From Monocercomonoides exilis PA203 (lineage: Eukaryota; Protista; Preaxostyla): a DNA stretch of 64,000 nucleotides. How positions within the stretch are numbered: position 1 is the stretch's first letter; each line of letters starts with the position of its first letter. The notes below the pieces were generated by a model. That model had not been told where the DNA came from. It searched no databases and worked only from the letters and a program-made list of their open reading frames with translations. Made by a program: the position numbers and the translations under genes. The stretch is taken from assembly GCA_001643675.2 (NCBI GenBank), contig LSRY02000032.1, positions 620,001-684,000 on the forward strand. Direction: 5' to 3'. Positions 23,962 through 36,057 of the stretch are shown here, in pieces.

Positions 23962-24443
23962 AGTTTCACGTCACATAAAATCTTGTCTTTTATTCAAATC
24001 GTCTAATTTTTCTTTTTCTTTAAACACCACGTCATTTAGTTTCTAAATCTGTCAATTTTCTGTCTCATTCAAATTTATTGATAATCTAATGATTTTGCAG
24101 GTTTATTTTCAAAATATTGTGCTATTGAAAGTTGCAAAAGTTTTTAAATAAAGTGTATTATGTACAATATTTTTATTTTTTAATATTTGTGCTGTTTTTG
24201 AAATGTTTTAGAATGGAGAAACATGAACATTCATTTTTGACATGTTTTCGAGAATGAAGATATTGAAGCTATATATATATAATAAAATGCAACACCTTTG
24301 CAATTTGACTTTCGTAGCATTCTTTAATGAAAGTCCGAGAGAGTTTTTTTATTTCATATTCGAAGTTTTTGAATAATTGTCTAAGGGATATGATCAAATA
24401 TTATTTGTTGAATTCTCTTGCAAATAATTGTTTAAATTAAATT

Positions 24444-26298
24444 ATGAGCGCGAAGACAAATAATGATCCAGATTATTTACCCGTAACTTTTGCTTCAAAG
24501 CCGGAAACATGCCCTCCGCTCGTTGTTCGCCTTCCAAAAGGAATCGAAGATACTGTGTCCGATCCTTTTGTTTTTGAAGCAAAAGAACAAGTTGTTGGCA
24601 AAAACACATGCAGACAAATAGAAGGAAGCTCTCAATTTATTCGATTGCGCGGAGACAACTTTCATCTTGATCCTCTTCATCCAAATCCAGCAAAGTTTGC
24701 TTTGTTTTACATTTATGTTTTATTTTATGAAACTACTATCTAGATATGGAGTTATAAAATATAATAAGAAGGAAGAAAAGTTAACATATTATCCTCTTCC
24801 TCACATTTATGAAATGAGTCATGCTGTTGTATCTGAGCACAGACGAATCACAAAGAAAGAAGATATGGCAGGACCTATTGAAACGCGAATAACTGATACT
24901 TCTTCTTCTGAAGTTCGCTTTCAAATTGATAGAGCACTTACTTCAGCTTTTGGTAGTAAACAGAGAAAAACTGGAAGAAATCGTCAAGATACGTATTCTT
25001 TGCAGCAAAAATCAAAAGATTCAACAGCCACAACTTCTTCAATCACAGAGCTCATATCGTCTGTTGTACCTGCAGCTCCAACAGAGCAGCTTCTTGATAG
25101 ATTTGGCCGTCCACTAATCATTTCGTCAAATGCTCCAAAAGCAAATATGCAAGCAACAACTCCTTCGGAAGCTTATCCTCTTGATGAATGTATGGGCCTA
25201 ATTTATTTCATGTGTTTACGACTTATATATCTTTTCAAATTTTTTTCATTTGCATATTTCAAAATAATAATTGTTTAAATTATAATTCTTCTGATTGAAA
25301 TAATCACACAGTAATACCGCCATATTTGACAGCTGCATTGCCAATTCGTCATCTCATTAATTTAGCGAAGCATGCCAATCCTGCAGAAATCGAGGAACGA
25401 CGTGTTTCTGGAGACTACTCGTCTTTTTTGCTCAATAGATTGACTCTTGTGAATAAAGACAAAAATAATGGTGACAAATCTCATATCGAAAACGAAAAAG
25501 AGAAGAAAAAGCAAAAAGACGAAGATGAAGAAGAGGAAGATGGAGATAGCGAAAGCAATGAAAGCAGCACAGATAATAGCGAAGAATCGAAAGAGTCAAA
25601 AGCCAAAAAAGCATCAAAGGATGATAAATCAGATGATTCAAATGAAGATTCTGACGAAGACGACTCTGATGACGAAAGCAAAGACAAAAAGAAAGGCCCA
25701 ACGCTGAGCTCAGCTGCACTGCGCCAATTGACTTGGGTCAAGCCATACAACACATCAACCTTGTGTCGCATTCTGTTGATGATGAATTACGGTTGGAGAT
25801 TACTGTCACTTGCCGGCAAAAAGAACATTGGCCAGCAAGAAGATGTGATGCGTGTGCTGAAAACAAAAGACGAAGCTCTGACAAACTTCTTTTTGGAAAA
25901 ATTCACTGAAAATGTTATTGTTGATATTGGATTCACCAGGTTTGTAGTATATTATACGGTTTTTTGTTTATAAAGAAAATTTTTAATTATTATTTTTAAT
26001 TCAATTTATAATCACTTGAAAATCAATCCTCCACTTATGTATTGCATTTTCGTTCAGGCAACAAATCACACACGATTGCTTAACGAAGCTTCAGTTGTGG
26101 ATAGTTTGCCTTTCGTTGCATGCTGACTCATTCATCACATGTGTTCGTGATATTGCTGTTGATCTTCATCTGACTTTGGACAATGTCATCTCGCTTTATC
26201 GCACAATCGGAGCCACTCCAAGAGGAAGAGACGAAGACGGATTTCCTGTCATGTCTTTGGACCTTCCGTTGCGGTTCCCCAGCAAACGCAGAAAATAA
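24444..26298 (+). CDS. POLR1E: RNA polymerase I subunit A49 (RPA49/PAF53), 4 exons
   Basis: LTSAFGSKQRK, ANMQATTPSEAYPLDELIP and C-terminal KLQLWIVCLSLHADSF..IAVDLHL..LYRTIGA..LDLPLRFPSKRRK match A49 family motifs. Three GT-AG introns keep the frame. Confidence 0.85.
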
Positions 26299-26848
26299 AA
26301 CAGAAATATTTATTCTGCTTATACTTGTTGAATGGTCATTGCAAAATGCTCTTGTGTTGCAGAATAATAATGCTTTTGTTGCCAAAAATATATCTTCCAT
26401 TTCACACAAATCTACATTTCAATCTCTTATTTAAGAAACATATTCTTTTGCTGATTAAAAACGAAGATGAAGATTTTTTTTACAAAAAGAAACATTTTTA
26501 ATCATGTTTCTTTGGAAAGGAAAAAAAAATTAGAAGCGTTATTTGAATAGTCTTCATTTTAAAAAAAAGCAAGCAAGAAAATGTATAAATCTTTATTACG
26601 CTTATTTTTATCAACTGTATCATTAGGAGTTGAATAAAAAGCTATTGCAACTTCATTCAAATAGACTTTTTGCATAACAAACACATCTTAGAATCCTGAA
26701 TAATGGATAAATAACTGTTTGACGTCAAATTCCTCATATTCGTTAGTTGCCAACAACTGGTAAATAACTGTGTCAGAGGTCTAGCCAATATTATAGAAAA
26801 TTCATTTTGATTAGAGAATACTTTTGACTGATAATTTTTCATTTATCT

Positions 26849-28035
26849 TCAATCTTCTTTCTCATTGAAGCGAAATTCAAAGTCATCATCAATATCATAA
26901 TCATCTTCTTCTTCACTTTCATCGTGCGCTTCTTCTTCATTTGTACCTTCAACAACACATTTATCAACAGCTTCCATCAATTCCAAAAACAGCCCAACAC
27001 AGAAATCATCAATTGTTATCATTTGGCGAATATCTGACGAAGAAGCTGCCGTGCTGGAAGATGCTGAAATAGAACTATCCACTTTTGATTTTTTTGTGCT
27101 ATTCTGAAGGAAAGAATGTGTTCTCCTGTAATTTGATAAAAATATTCCACAAATCAAACAGATAAAATGAAAGTATTAACAAATGTCAAACCCAGTAAAT
27201 GAAAAAATCACTTTGTTTGCCACTGTTTCTGGGATTAAATTTCCATCACAACCCTCACACTTTTTCGCTTCATTTATTGCTTCGTCAACAACATCTAGTG
27301 AAAAAGCAAGCATTTGTTTCAAAAAACATATAAATATTATTTGTTTTGAAAAGTGCATTTTTCCAAACCAAAAAATGAAAGGGTTTGTACAACTCCAGCA
27401 ACAAATTCTTGAAAAGATATCGGTACAGGCATTAAATCAGAGCGTTTTACCCACTGAGATGTAAATGTCGTTGAGAAACTCAAGAGTTGCGGTTTTTGAT
27501 CTTCAAAAAGCTTTTGAATCAAAGCAGAGAACGTTTTTCCGGTAAGCTCTAAATTTTATATGAAAAAACTTTCTTTAATAAACACTTTTAAAAAATTGTG
27601 CGTACTGTTTGGTCCTCCTAACTTCAAAAAAAATCAATTAAATCGCAAGGAAAAAAATTGCAAACCGTAGAATATGCAGAAGTCACATTTTCCATAAATG
27701 TTTCCGATTGCATAGGTGCAATTAAAATAAAGCGAGCTGCTCGTATTAAAGCAGACGTTCCTTGTTGTACTCGGGAAAAATAATCTATCAAAAAACAAAC
27801 ATTTTTGAAATTTTTTAACAAAAAAATGAAGCATGCCCGAGAAAAACTTGTATTTTGATGATGGATTGATTTCCAAAAATAATGACAACGAATCTTTTAA
27901 ATAACTTCCAATCCCAAAATACTCAAAATAGTCTTTCGATGACAGTTGATGAAGAATTTCTTCTGAAGGAGCTAAAAATTCTGTTGGCTGCTGTGCGTTT
28001 TGTTTCGTTTTCTTTCCTTCTGGCTTTTTGAGCAT
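26849..28035 (-). CDS. TPGS1: Tubulin polyglutamylase complex subunit 1-like (TPGS1/CSTPP1 family), multi-exon
   Basis: DYFEYFGIGSYLKDSLSLFLE..FFSDYFSRVQQGTSALIRAARFI..FMENVTSAYSTLGG..LTGKTFSALIQKL..ISFQEFVAGV is colinear with remembered TPGS1/C11orf49 blocks. The model needs a GC-AG intron (27836-27785) and a 16-nt exon (27621-27606). Confidence 0.65.
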
Positions 28036-28561
28036 CGATTAAAATATTAAAACAAAAATAAACAACAATTATCTTTTATCATAAATTATTATGGCTGCAT
28101 TTTGTGAGAAAGCTGCAATAAATAACAATTTCTCTTTCTTAAAACAGTTTTTGCTCATGATTATCAAACAATCAAATCCTTTTTAATTTCCTTTTTTGTT
28201 AAACAAAATCAGTAAATATCTTCAATTTTTATTTAAAGATTCAAAAATTTCTTTAAAATAGATTAATCAAAGTCTTCCATATTTGCAAATGTTGTTTTGA
28301 ACTGGTTTATAGAGATATACGAAAAAATAAGGTACCGGACTCTTGTTGATCTCATCTTGAACAATCAATGATTGTTTGTCAAAGTCATGAACAGAAGAAT
28401 TTTTAGTCTCTGAAATTCCTCTAATAAATGCGTTTTTAATGCACTTCACTCATGCAAAATTATGAATCATAATGCAATTCAACTTAAAAGTATTTAAATG
28501 TATCTCGATAAAAACAATTATATAATAAACAATTGAAGTGAAATAGAAAATGCAATAAGAA

Positions 28562-29480
28562 TTATTGTTGCAATGGCTGAGGAGGAATGTCTTTGCTTTG
28601 AGCTTGCTCAGATTTATTAGTGTCTTGGCTTACCGCTGTCTTTTTGATTTGTTCGGTTTTTTCACTTGGATTTTCTTCCTCTTCTTCTTCCTCTTCCTCC
28701 TCCTCCTCCTCTTCTTCTTCTTCTTCTTCCTCTTCCTCTTCCTCCTCCACTTTTTGCATTGCCTTCCTCCTTTCGATTTCTTTTCTTTCTCTCTCTCTTC
28801 TTTCTCTCTCCCTCTCCCTCTCCCTTTCTCTTTCTCTTCTCGCTCTTTCTCTTTCTTTTTCCTTTGGCTCAAAAGAAATACCTTCCTTTTGTCTGCGCTG
28901 CTCGTTGCGTTCTGCTTCTCTTGACAGATCATCCAGACAACCCCATTGAACATACTCAATCAGCAGCGAGGGATCAACCTGAATGAGCATTGGTTTTGTT
29001 TTTGAAAAAATAGAAAGATAAACAAAGTGATATAAATAAGAATGGGAAGTTTTTTTCAAAAATGAAGGAAGATATCATTAAAACATTTTTATTATTATTA
29101 TTATTATTAGCAAAGCAAAGACAAACCTTCCAACAAATAATATCTCCGTCTGCCGAAGCTGAGACACACCCAGTGTGCATCGGCAGAAGCGCCTTTATCG
29201 AGCCAGAATGCAGACTGGATGAATGAAGCATAATCATCTGCTTTTTCTCCTCGCTCTCAGCACCTTCATTTTCCTTTGTATCTTTCTGTTTCCCTTTCGC
29301 TGGTTTCTTTTTGCTGTTTTTATCTGCTGCTTTATCGTCTCTTTCTGCGTTTGTGCTGCTTCCACTTGTCGATGGCGCCACTTCTTGTTTCGTGTTGGCA
29401 ATTTCCCAAAAGCGTACAGCAGCATTGTCTGAGCCTGTGACTAAATAATCTCTGTGATAATATTTAAAAATAAAAAAATA

Positions 29481-29519
<39 letters not shown>

Positions 29520-32500
29520 AATTTGAAAAAAAAAAAGGCAAAATAGAGGAAGCAAATGGAACATGAAGAAAGAAAGAAAGAGTAAATAAATAAATGAATA
29601 ATAAAAAAGAAAGAAAGAAAAGAAAGAAAGAAAGAAAAGAAAGAAAGAAAAGAAAGAAAAGAAAAAAAAGAAAGAAAAGAAAGAAAAGAAAGAAAAGAAA
29701 GAAAAGAAAGAAAGAAAAGAAAGAAAGAAAAGAAAGAAAGAAAAGAAAGAAAGAAAAGAAAGAAAGAAAAGAAAGAAAGAAAAAAAAGAAAGAAAAGAAA
29801 GAAAAGAAAGAAAAGAAAGAAAAGAAAGAAAAGAAAGAAAAGAAAGAAAAGAAAGAAAAGAAAGAAAGAAAAGAAAAGAAAGAAAAGAAAAAAAAGAAAT
29901 AAAAGAAAGAAAAAAAAGAAAGAAAAGAAAGAAAGAAAAGAAAGAAAAGAAAGAAAAGAAAGAAAAGAAAGAAAGAAAAGAAAGAAAGAAAAGAAAGAAA
30001 AGAAAGAAAAGAAAGAAAAGAAAGAAAAGAAAGAAAAGAAAGAAAAGAAAAAAAAGAAAGAAAAGAAAGAAAGAAAGAAAAGAAAGAAAAGAAAGAAAGA
30101 AAGAAAAGAAAGAAAAGAAAGAAAAGAAAGAAAAGAAAGAAAAGAAAGAAAGAAAGAAAAGAAAGAAAAGAAAGAAAAGAAAGAAAGAAAGAAAAGAAAG
30201 AAAAGAAAGAAAAGAAAGAAAAGAAAGAAAAGAAAGAAAGAAAGAAAAGAAAGAAAAGAAAGAAAAGAAAGAAAAGAAAAAAAAGAAAGAAAAGAAAGAA
30301 AGAAAGAAAAGAAAGAAAAGAAAGAAAGAAAGAAAAGAAAGAAAAGAAAGAAAAGAAAGAAAAGAAAAGAAAAGAAAAAGAAAAGAAAGAAAAAAAAGAA
30401 AAGAAAGAAAAAGAAAGAAAAGAAAGAAAAGAAAGAAAAGAAAGAAAAGAAAGAAAGAAAAGAAAGAAAGAAAAGAAAGAAAAGAAAAGAAAGAAAGAAA
30501 AGAAAGAAAAAAAAGAAAAAGAAAGAAAAGAAAGAAAAGAAAGAAAAGAAAGAAAAGAAAGAAAAGAAAGAAAGAAAGAAAGAAAAGAAAGAAAGAAAAG
30601 AAAGAAAAGAAAGAAAAGAAAGAAAAGAAAGAAAAGAAAGAAAAGAAAGAAAAGAAAAGAAAGAAAGAAAAGAAAGAAAAAAAAGAAATAGAAAGAAAAG
30701 AAAGAAAAGAAAGAAAAGAAAGAAAAGAAAGAAAAGAAAGAAAGAAAAGAAAGAAAGAAAAGAAAGAAAAGAAAAGAAAGAAAGAAAAGAAAGAAAAAAA
30801 GAAAAAGAAAGAAAAGAAAGAAAAGAAAGAAAAGAAAGAAAAGAAAGAAAGAAAGAAAAGAAAGAAAAGAAAGAAAAGAAAGAAAAGAAAGAAAAGAAAG
30901 AAAGAAAGAAAAGAAAGAAAAGAAAGAAAAGAAAGAAAGAAAGAAAAGAAAGAAAAGAAAGAAAAGAAAGAAAAGAAAGAAAAGAAAGAAAAGAAAGAAA
31001 AGAAAGAAAAGAAAGAAAAGAAAGAAAAGAAAGAAAAGAAAGAAAGAAAGAAAAGAAAGAAAAGAAAGAAAAGAAAGAAAGAAAGAAAAGAAAGAAAAGA
31101 AAGAAAAGAAAGAAAAGAAAGAAAAGAAAGAAAAGAAAGAAAAGAAAGAAAAGAAAGAAAGAAAGAAAGAAAAGAAAGAAAGAAAAGAAAGAAAAGAAAG
31201 AAAAGAAAGAAAAGAAAGAAAAGAAAGAAAAGAAAGAAAAGAAAGAAAGAAAAGAAAAGAAAGAAAAGAAAGAAAAGAAAGAAAGAAAGAAAAGAAAGAA
31301 AAGAAAGAAAGAAAGAAAAGAAAGAAAAGAAAGAAAAGAAAGAAAAGAAAGAAAAGAAAAGAAAGAAAGAAAAGAAAGAAAAAAAAGAAAAAGAAAGAAA
31401 GAAAAGAAAGAAAGAAAAGAAAGAAAAGAAAAGAAAGAAAAAAAAGAAAAAGAAAGAAAAGAAAAGAAAGAAAGAAAAGAAAGAAAAGAAAGAAAAGAAA
31501 GAAAAGAAAGAAAAAAAAGAAAAAGAAAGAAAAGAAAGAAAAGAAAGAAAAGAAAGAAAAGAAAGAAAAGAAAGAAAGAAAAGAAAGAAAAGAAAAGAAA
31601 GAAAAAAAAGAAAAAGAAAGAAAAGAAAGAAAAGAAAGAAAAGAAAGAAAAGAAAGAAAAGAAAGAAAAGAAAGAAAGAAAAGAAAGAAAAGAAAAGAAA
31701 GAAAGAAAAGAAAGAAAAGAAAAGAAAGAAAGAAAAGAAAGAAAAAAAAGAAAAAGAAAGAAAAGAAAGAAAAGAAAGAAAGAAAAGAAAGAAAAGAAAA
31801 GAAAGAAAGAAAAGAAAGAAAAGAAAAGAAAGAAAGAAAAGAAAGAAAAAAAAGAAAAAGAAAGAAAAGAAAGAAAAGAAAGAAAAGAAAGAAAAGAAAG
31901 AAAAGAAAGAAAAGAAAGAAAGAAAAGAAAGAAAAGAAAAGAAAGAAAGAAAAGAAAGAAAAAAAAGAAAAAGAAAGAAAAAGTGAATTGATTCATATTA
32001 ACTATTGGCACATACCCATTGCACAGAACAGTCATCGCTGTAATATGCTCCATCATCAACCTGTCTCTCTCTTCATTCATTTGTCTGCTTTGTTCCCTCT
32101 CTGCTCTTTCATCGCCCCTCTTTTGCGAATCTTTCTTCGATACGTCTTTTGCCCTTTCAGCTTCTCTGGCGCTTGCTCCAGTGCTCCCTGGGTAGTCCAT
32201 CAGCATCACTGATGCCTTTCCTGTGTGAGAGTTAATAACTTGAAACCCACTCCCCATCGATGTGATAAAGCGATCCTGTAAAGTTGGTATAAATGCGTTG
32301 TATAAATAATATCAGAAACAAATAAATTGGAATAAAAAATTCAATGAAAAGTTATCATTTTTCAGATATCATCAATAAAAATAAATAAATCTTTGGAGAT
32401 TAAAAAAAGCAAGCAAGCCTTGTCAATTGGATGAATGCATCGAATGGCCCACTCTTCGCTCGGCCTTCGCTGAGCCATTCTCAGTTTTTCTTTATCTTTT

Positions 32501-34036
32501 GACGACGCTTCAGCACCAGATGCAGAATAATAAGAGGATGAAGGCGATGATGCAATAGAAGATGGATGTGAAGGAGACTGTTGTTGTGCAGCATATGCAG
32601 GAAGTGAGCTAGTCGAAGAATAAGACAGTGAAGAAGCCTGCCCTGCCCCTTGATGGGCAGACCCCGCAGTCTGAGAAGTGGAAGAGGAAGGATACAGTGA
32701 AGGAGAATAAATTGAAGGCGGAGGTGCAACTTGGAAGAGCGGCTGTAGTGTGTCATTGCTCCACACACAGACTATGCCATCCAAAGAGCCCGAAGCAAAC
32801 TGAGTTGCTGAGAAGATTGCAAAATATGTCAGATGTTATCAAATAAACGGTAACAATGAAGAACAATCACAAGTTGTAATTTGGAATGTAAATTCATATA
32901 AATTATTATAATTATTATTAATATTATTTTGAATAGATAGAAATTTTGAGTTCGTGAGAAATCAATAAAGCCATTGGGCACACGTGACACCATGCACAAA
33001 GAAATAATCCAGCTGCGATGTGTTGTTGGTATCCTTTGCAGTGACGCAGCTGATACGGGGACATTGCTTTCTGATTGATCTTTCGTCTTTGCATCTGATG
33101 ATGGATGTTCTGTGTTAGTTGTCTGAATAGAATCTTTCTGAGCATTACCTCTGCTTTCAGAAAGTGACATGTCATAAATAACTATTTGTCATAAAACAAA
33201 AAAGTATGTTAAATTTAACTAAATCTTTTTCTTTCGCATACAAAGATCGGTTGATTCTGAAACAGTTACGACTATTCTATCACGAGTTATTGGTAAAAGT
33301 GTAAAAATATCTGAAAATTAAAATAAGCGAACAATGAATTGCATTTCCATAAGACCTTAAATTCACACTATCTTTGCTCTCTCGATCAACCTTTTTCAGA
33401 ACTGTTCCCTCTTTATTCCATAGATTTATATATCTTCCTTGAGAAACACTCACATACAAATCAGGATTGTTGTAAAGTGCACACTAAAAATGAATGAAAA
33501 GAAAATAACCTCATATTAAGCATTTCAATTACAAGCAAACTATAGCTTTTACTGGGCCATCGTGTTCGGAAATTGTGTTCACATATTGACCGTCAACTGT
33601 TCTCCATATCTGTTAAACGGGAAATTTTGAAATAACTGGAAGCAAATTTGCTATGATGCAAACCTTTACAGTTTTGTCAATACTTCCTGATGCAAAATAA
33701 TCATCATCCATTAGAAAAAGACATGTTATTGGAGCTGTATGCCCTTCGAGAATATATAAAGTTTGAGCTGCTTCAAAGCTATGAATCATGATTCTGTTAT
33801 CATCTCCAGCAGAAGCAAATCTGTACGAATACAAATTTTATTTCATAAATTTTATTACAAAATAAAAAATGAGCAATTTGAAAAAACAAAGAAAAAATCG
33901 CTATTAACCGATCTCCATCGATGAACTCAAGACAGCGAATTATATTTGTATGCTCTTTTATAAATTGAGCATGTGTGAAAGGAAAGAAATTTGATACACG
34001 AACCTGGGTCTCTTTTTTTGAAGGTTGAGGACCCAT
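28562..34036 (-). CDS. WDR41: WD-repeat protein 41-like, multi-exon
   Basis: PFTHAQFIKEHTNIIRCLEFIDGDRFASAGDD..LEGHTAPITCL matches the WDR41 N-terminus (PYTELLVLKAHHDIVRFLVQLDDYRFASAGDD..LNGHTQKIT). Further WD blocks follow (FASGSIDKTVKIW, LVTGSDNAAVRFWE, HSGSIKAL), then an E/R-rich tail. Confidence 0.75.
29610..31983. repeat. About 2.4-kb polypurine satellite of GAAA/GAAAA units (dominant 9-mer GAAAGAAAA) inside a WDR41 intron
   Basis: The + strand is almost exclusively A and G, with only isolated T near 29900 and 30689. It lies within intron 32015-29452 (minus strand). Confidence 0.97.
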
Positions 34037-34399
34037 GTTTAAGTATGGGTTATAAAAATGCTGTTCAATAACAAAATGCAATATAAAGTTCCGCCAGCGT
34101 GATTAAATTATGTTAATTGGTGAATTAAGTAGTTTCCAAGACAAAAAATTGAAAATTCTTTTTATTTTCATGCAATTGTTTTCAAAATAAAAATCGAAAC
34201 TGCAAAAGGAATGCTTATGATCGAGTGATAGATAGAACAATTTCAAAAAAAATTATGAAATGGGGTTCGTTGAAATGGATGCTAGCAGCCAGATAAAAAG
34301 ATGTGAAATGCTATTTTTTGATTAAAAAGAATAATTAGGATACGTTTTCACAAGAAAGTGTTTCTTCTTTGAAGAAGAAGCTTAAACTTGTAATAGCAA

Positions 34400-35781
34400 C
34401 TATTCTGGGGTTTCAATAATTTTAGCGAATTCTTCTTCAGTAAATTGAAACAGCCTTGAAGACTCGAGAAGCATCTATTCAGAATAATATGGAAAATATG
34501 AAAAAAATAAGGAAATGTCAAAATCAATTTGTAAATGCTTGAAATTTTAAAAAAACTCAAATCGATAAAACAATTATTATAATACTCAATTCGCATACAA
34601 AATCATAAATAAAATCACCTTCAAATGAAACATACCTTTTGCCTTTTTAATGCATCAATCAGCTTTGCCTGCTTTTTATATCCTGTTATCAGTTCTGTTT
34701 TCTGCCTTTGGAAGTTTCTGAGTTCAGTCACAAAACGTTCTTCTTGTGCTTTTGCACTCGCAGAAATTGCTTTTATTTGCTGCTGTGATTCTCTAAGCTG
34801 ACTTCGAAGTGTTTCGATCTCGCTTGTTGCTTTATTCATTCGAGACTCCGCAGAAGAAGTTGCAGTCGATTTTGATCTGATTTCAGCTGTCAGTGCTTCG
34901 TTTTCCTTTTTCAGTTGAGAAGCCTCTGCTTCCTTTGTCTGAACTGCTGCTTCGAGCTTTTCTATCTGTCGCTTCAATTTATCATTTTGTTGTTCCATCT
35001 GCTTTAAGGTTCGCGTCTGGCGAGCATTTTCTTCGCTTGTTGTTTTAATTTGCTGCTTTGTTGTTTCGCTGGATTCCAAACTTAATGCAAGCTCTTGTTG
35101 GAGTTGTGCAATTTGTTCTTCTAATGTTTGAATTCTGGCTCTTTGAAGTCTGATTGTAACTTCTGGAGCGACAACTCCTGCCACTCCGCTATCTTGTGCA
35201 TCTCCCTCATCTTTTTGCTTATGTTGTCCCTTTGCACCAGAAGATCCTGGTGGAGTTCGTGAAGGAGGCCTGCTATTTTCACTCTTCAGTGGAGCTTCCC
35301 GAGAATCTTCGCCATCATCATCAAAATTACTCCACCGTTTTTTCCAATGTTCACGCTTCGGTTGAACAACTTCATTGTCTGTAACATGAATAATTTCAAC
35401 TTTTATTGTCGTTATAAGCAAGTAAATAATAATTATTTTATTAAACCTGAGTCATGACGAGGTGAATCAATTTTTGAAGATGATAATTCATCTGGAATTT
35501 CTCCTCTAAATGAATGAGATAAAATATGCTTAATATCGGGCTCTTCCTCTTCTGAATCTTGCTCTTCTTCTATCATTTGAGGCTTTTTGCTTTGAGTTTT
35601 GGGGCGCCTGAAAGAATATTTTTTGTTTTCAAAAAATTGAATATGAGTTCTGAAACAATTCAAACGTCTTCGAAACTTTCGGAGGACTAGATATCACTTC
35701 TTCTGCAAGCCTCTCAGCATCTTTTCTTCGTCGTTCAATCTCTTCATTTTCTCTAAGTAACCTTTCAAGATTATCAGCCAT
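34400..35781 (-). CDS. TEX9: Testis-expressed protein 9 (centrosomal coiled-coil protein), 4 exons
   Basis: EVTIRLQRARIQTLEEQ..ESRMNKATSEIE..QKTELITGYKKQAKLIDALKRQK joins a last exon MLLESSRLFQFTEEEFAKII (TAG 34402-34400). This matches the TEX9 C-terminus [31 protein letters not shown]. Confidence 0.88.
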
Positions 35782-36057
35782 TTTTTATTAAGGTTTTTTT
35801 CCTATCACAATATGTTTTATAATCTGTTAAGTGCATTCATAAAATAGTCATTTTTTTATATTTTTTAATTTAACTCTTTCTTGAAGAAAAATATTTAATA
35901 TGGCACTCGAAAATTATTCAATTAGCTTTTTGTTTAACTGGTATTCAATTTTATGATTTAATAGCGCTATTTCATATATCTTTTAATGATGTATACTAAT
36001 AAATCGATTTGTTTCAAAACTTTTTAACTTTAGCTTTTGAATAAGAATTGACATACA

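Noticed and set aside
29441-32257. 938-aa Phe/Ser/Leu ORF, and the K/R/E ORF on the opposite strand
   Set aside because: A strand made only of T and C cannot contain stop codons, so the ORF is a by-product of the satellite. A canonical intron (32015-29452) removes it and restores WD repeats.
13138-35781. Functional cluster of cilium/centriole genes (ADGB-like, TPGS1-like, TEX9)
   Set aside because: They are interspersed with unrelated genes, and flagellar genes are common enough in a flagellate genome for this to be chance.
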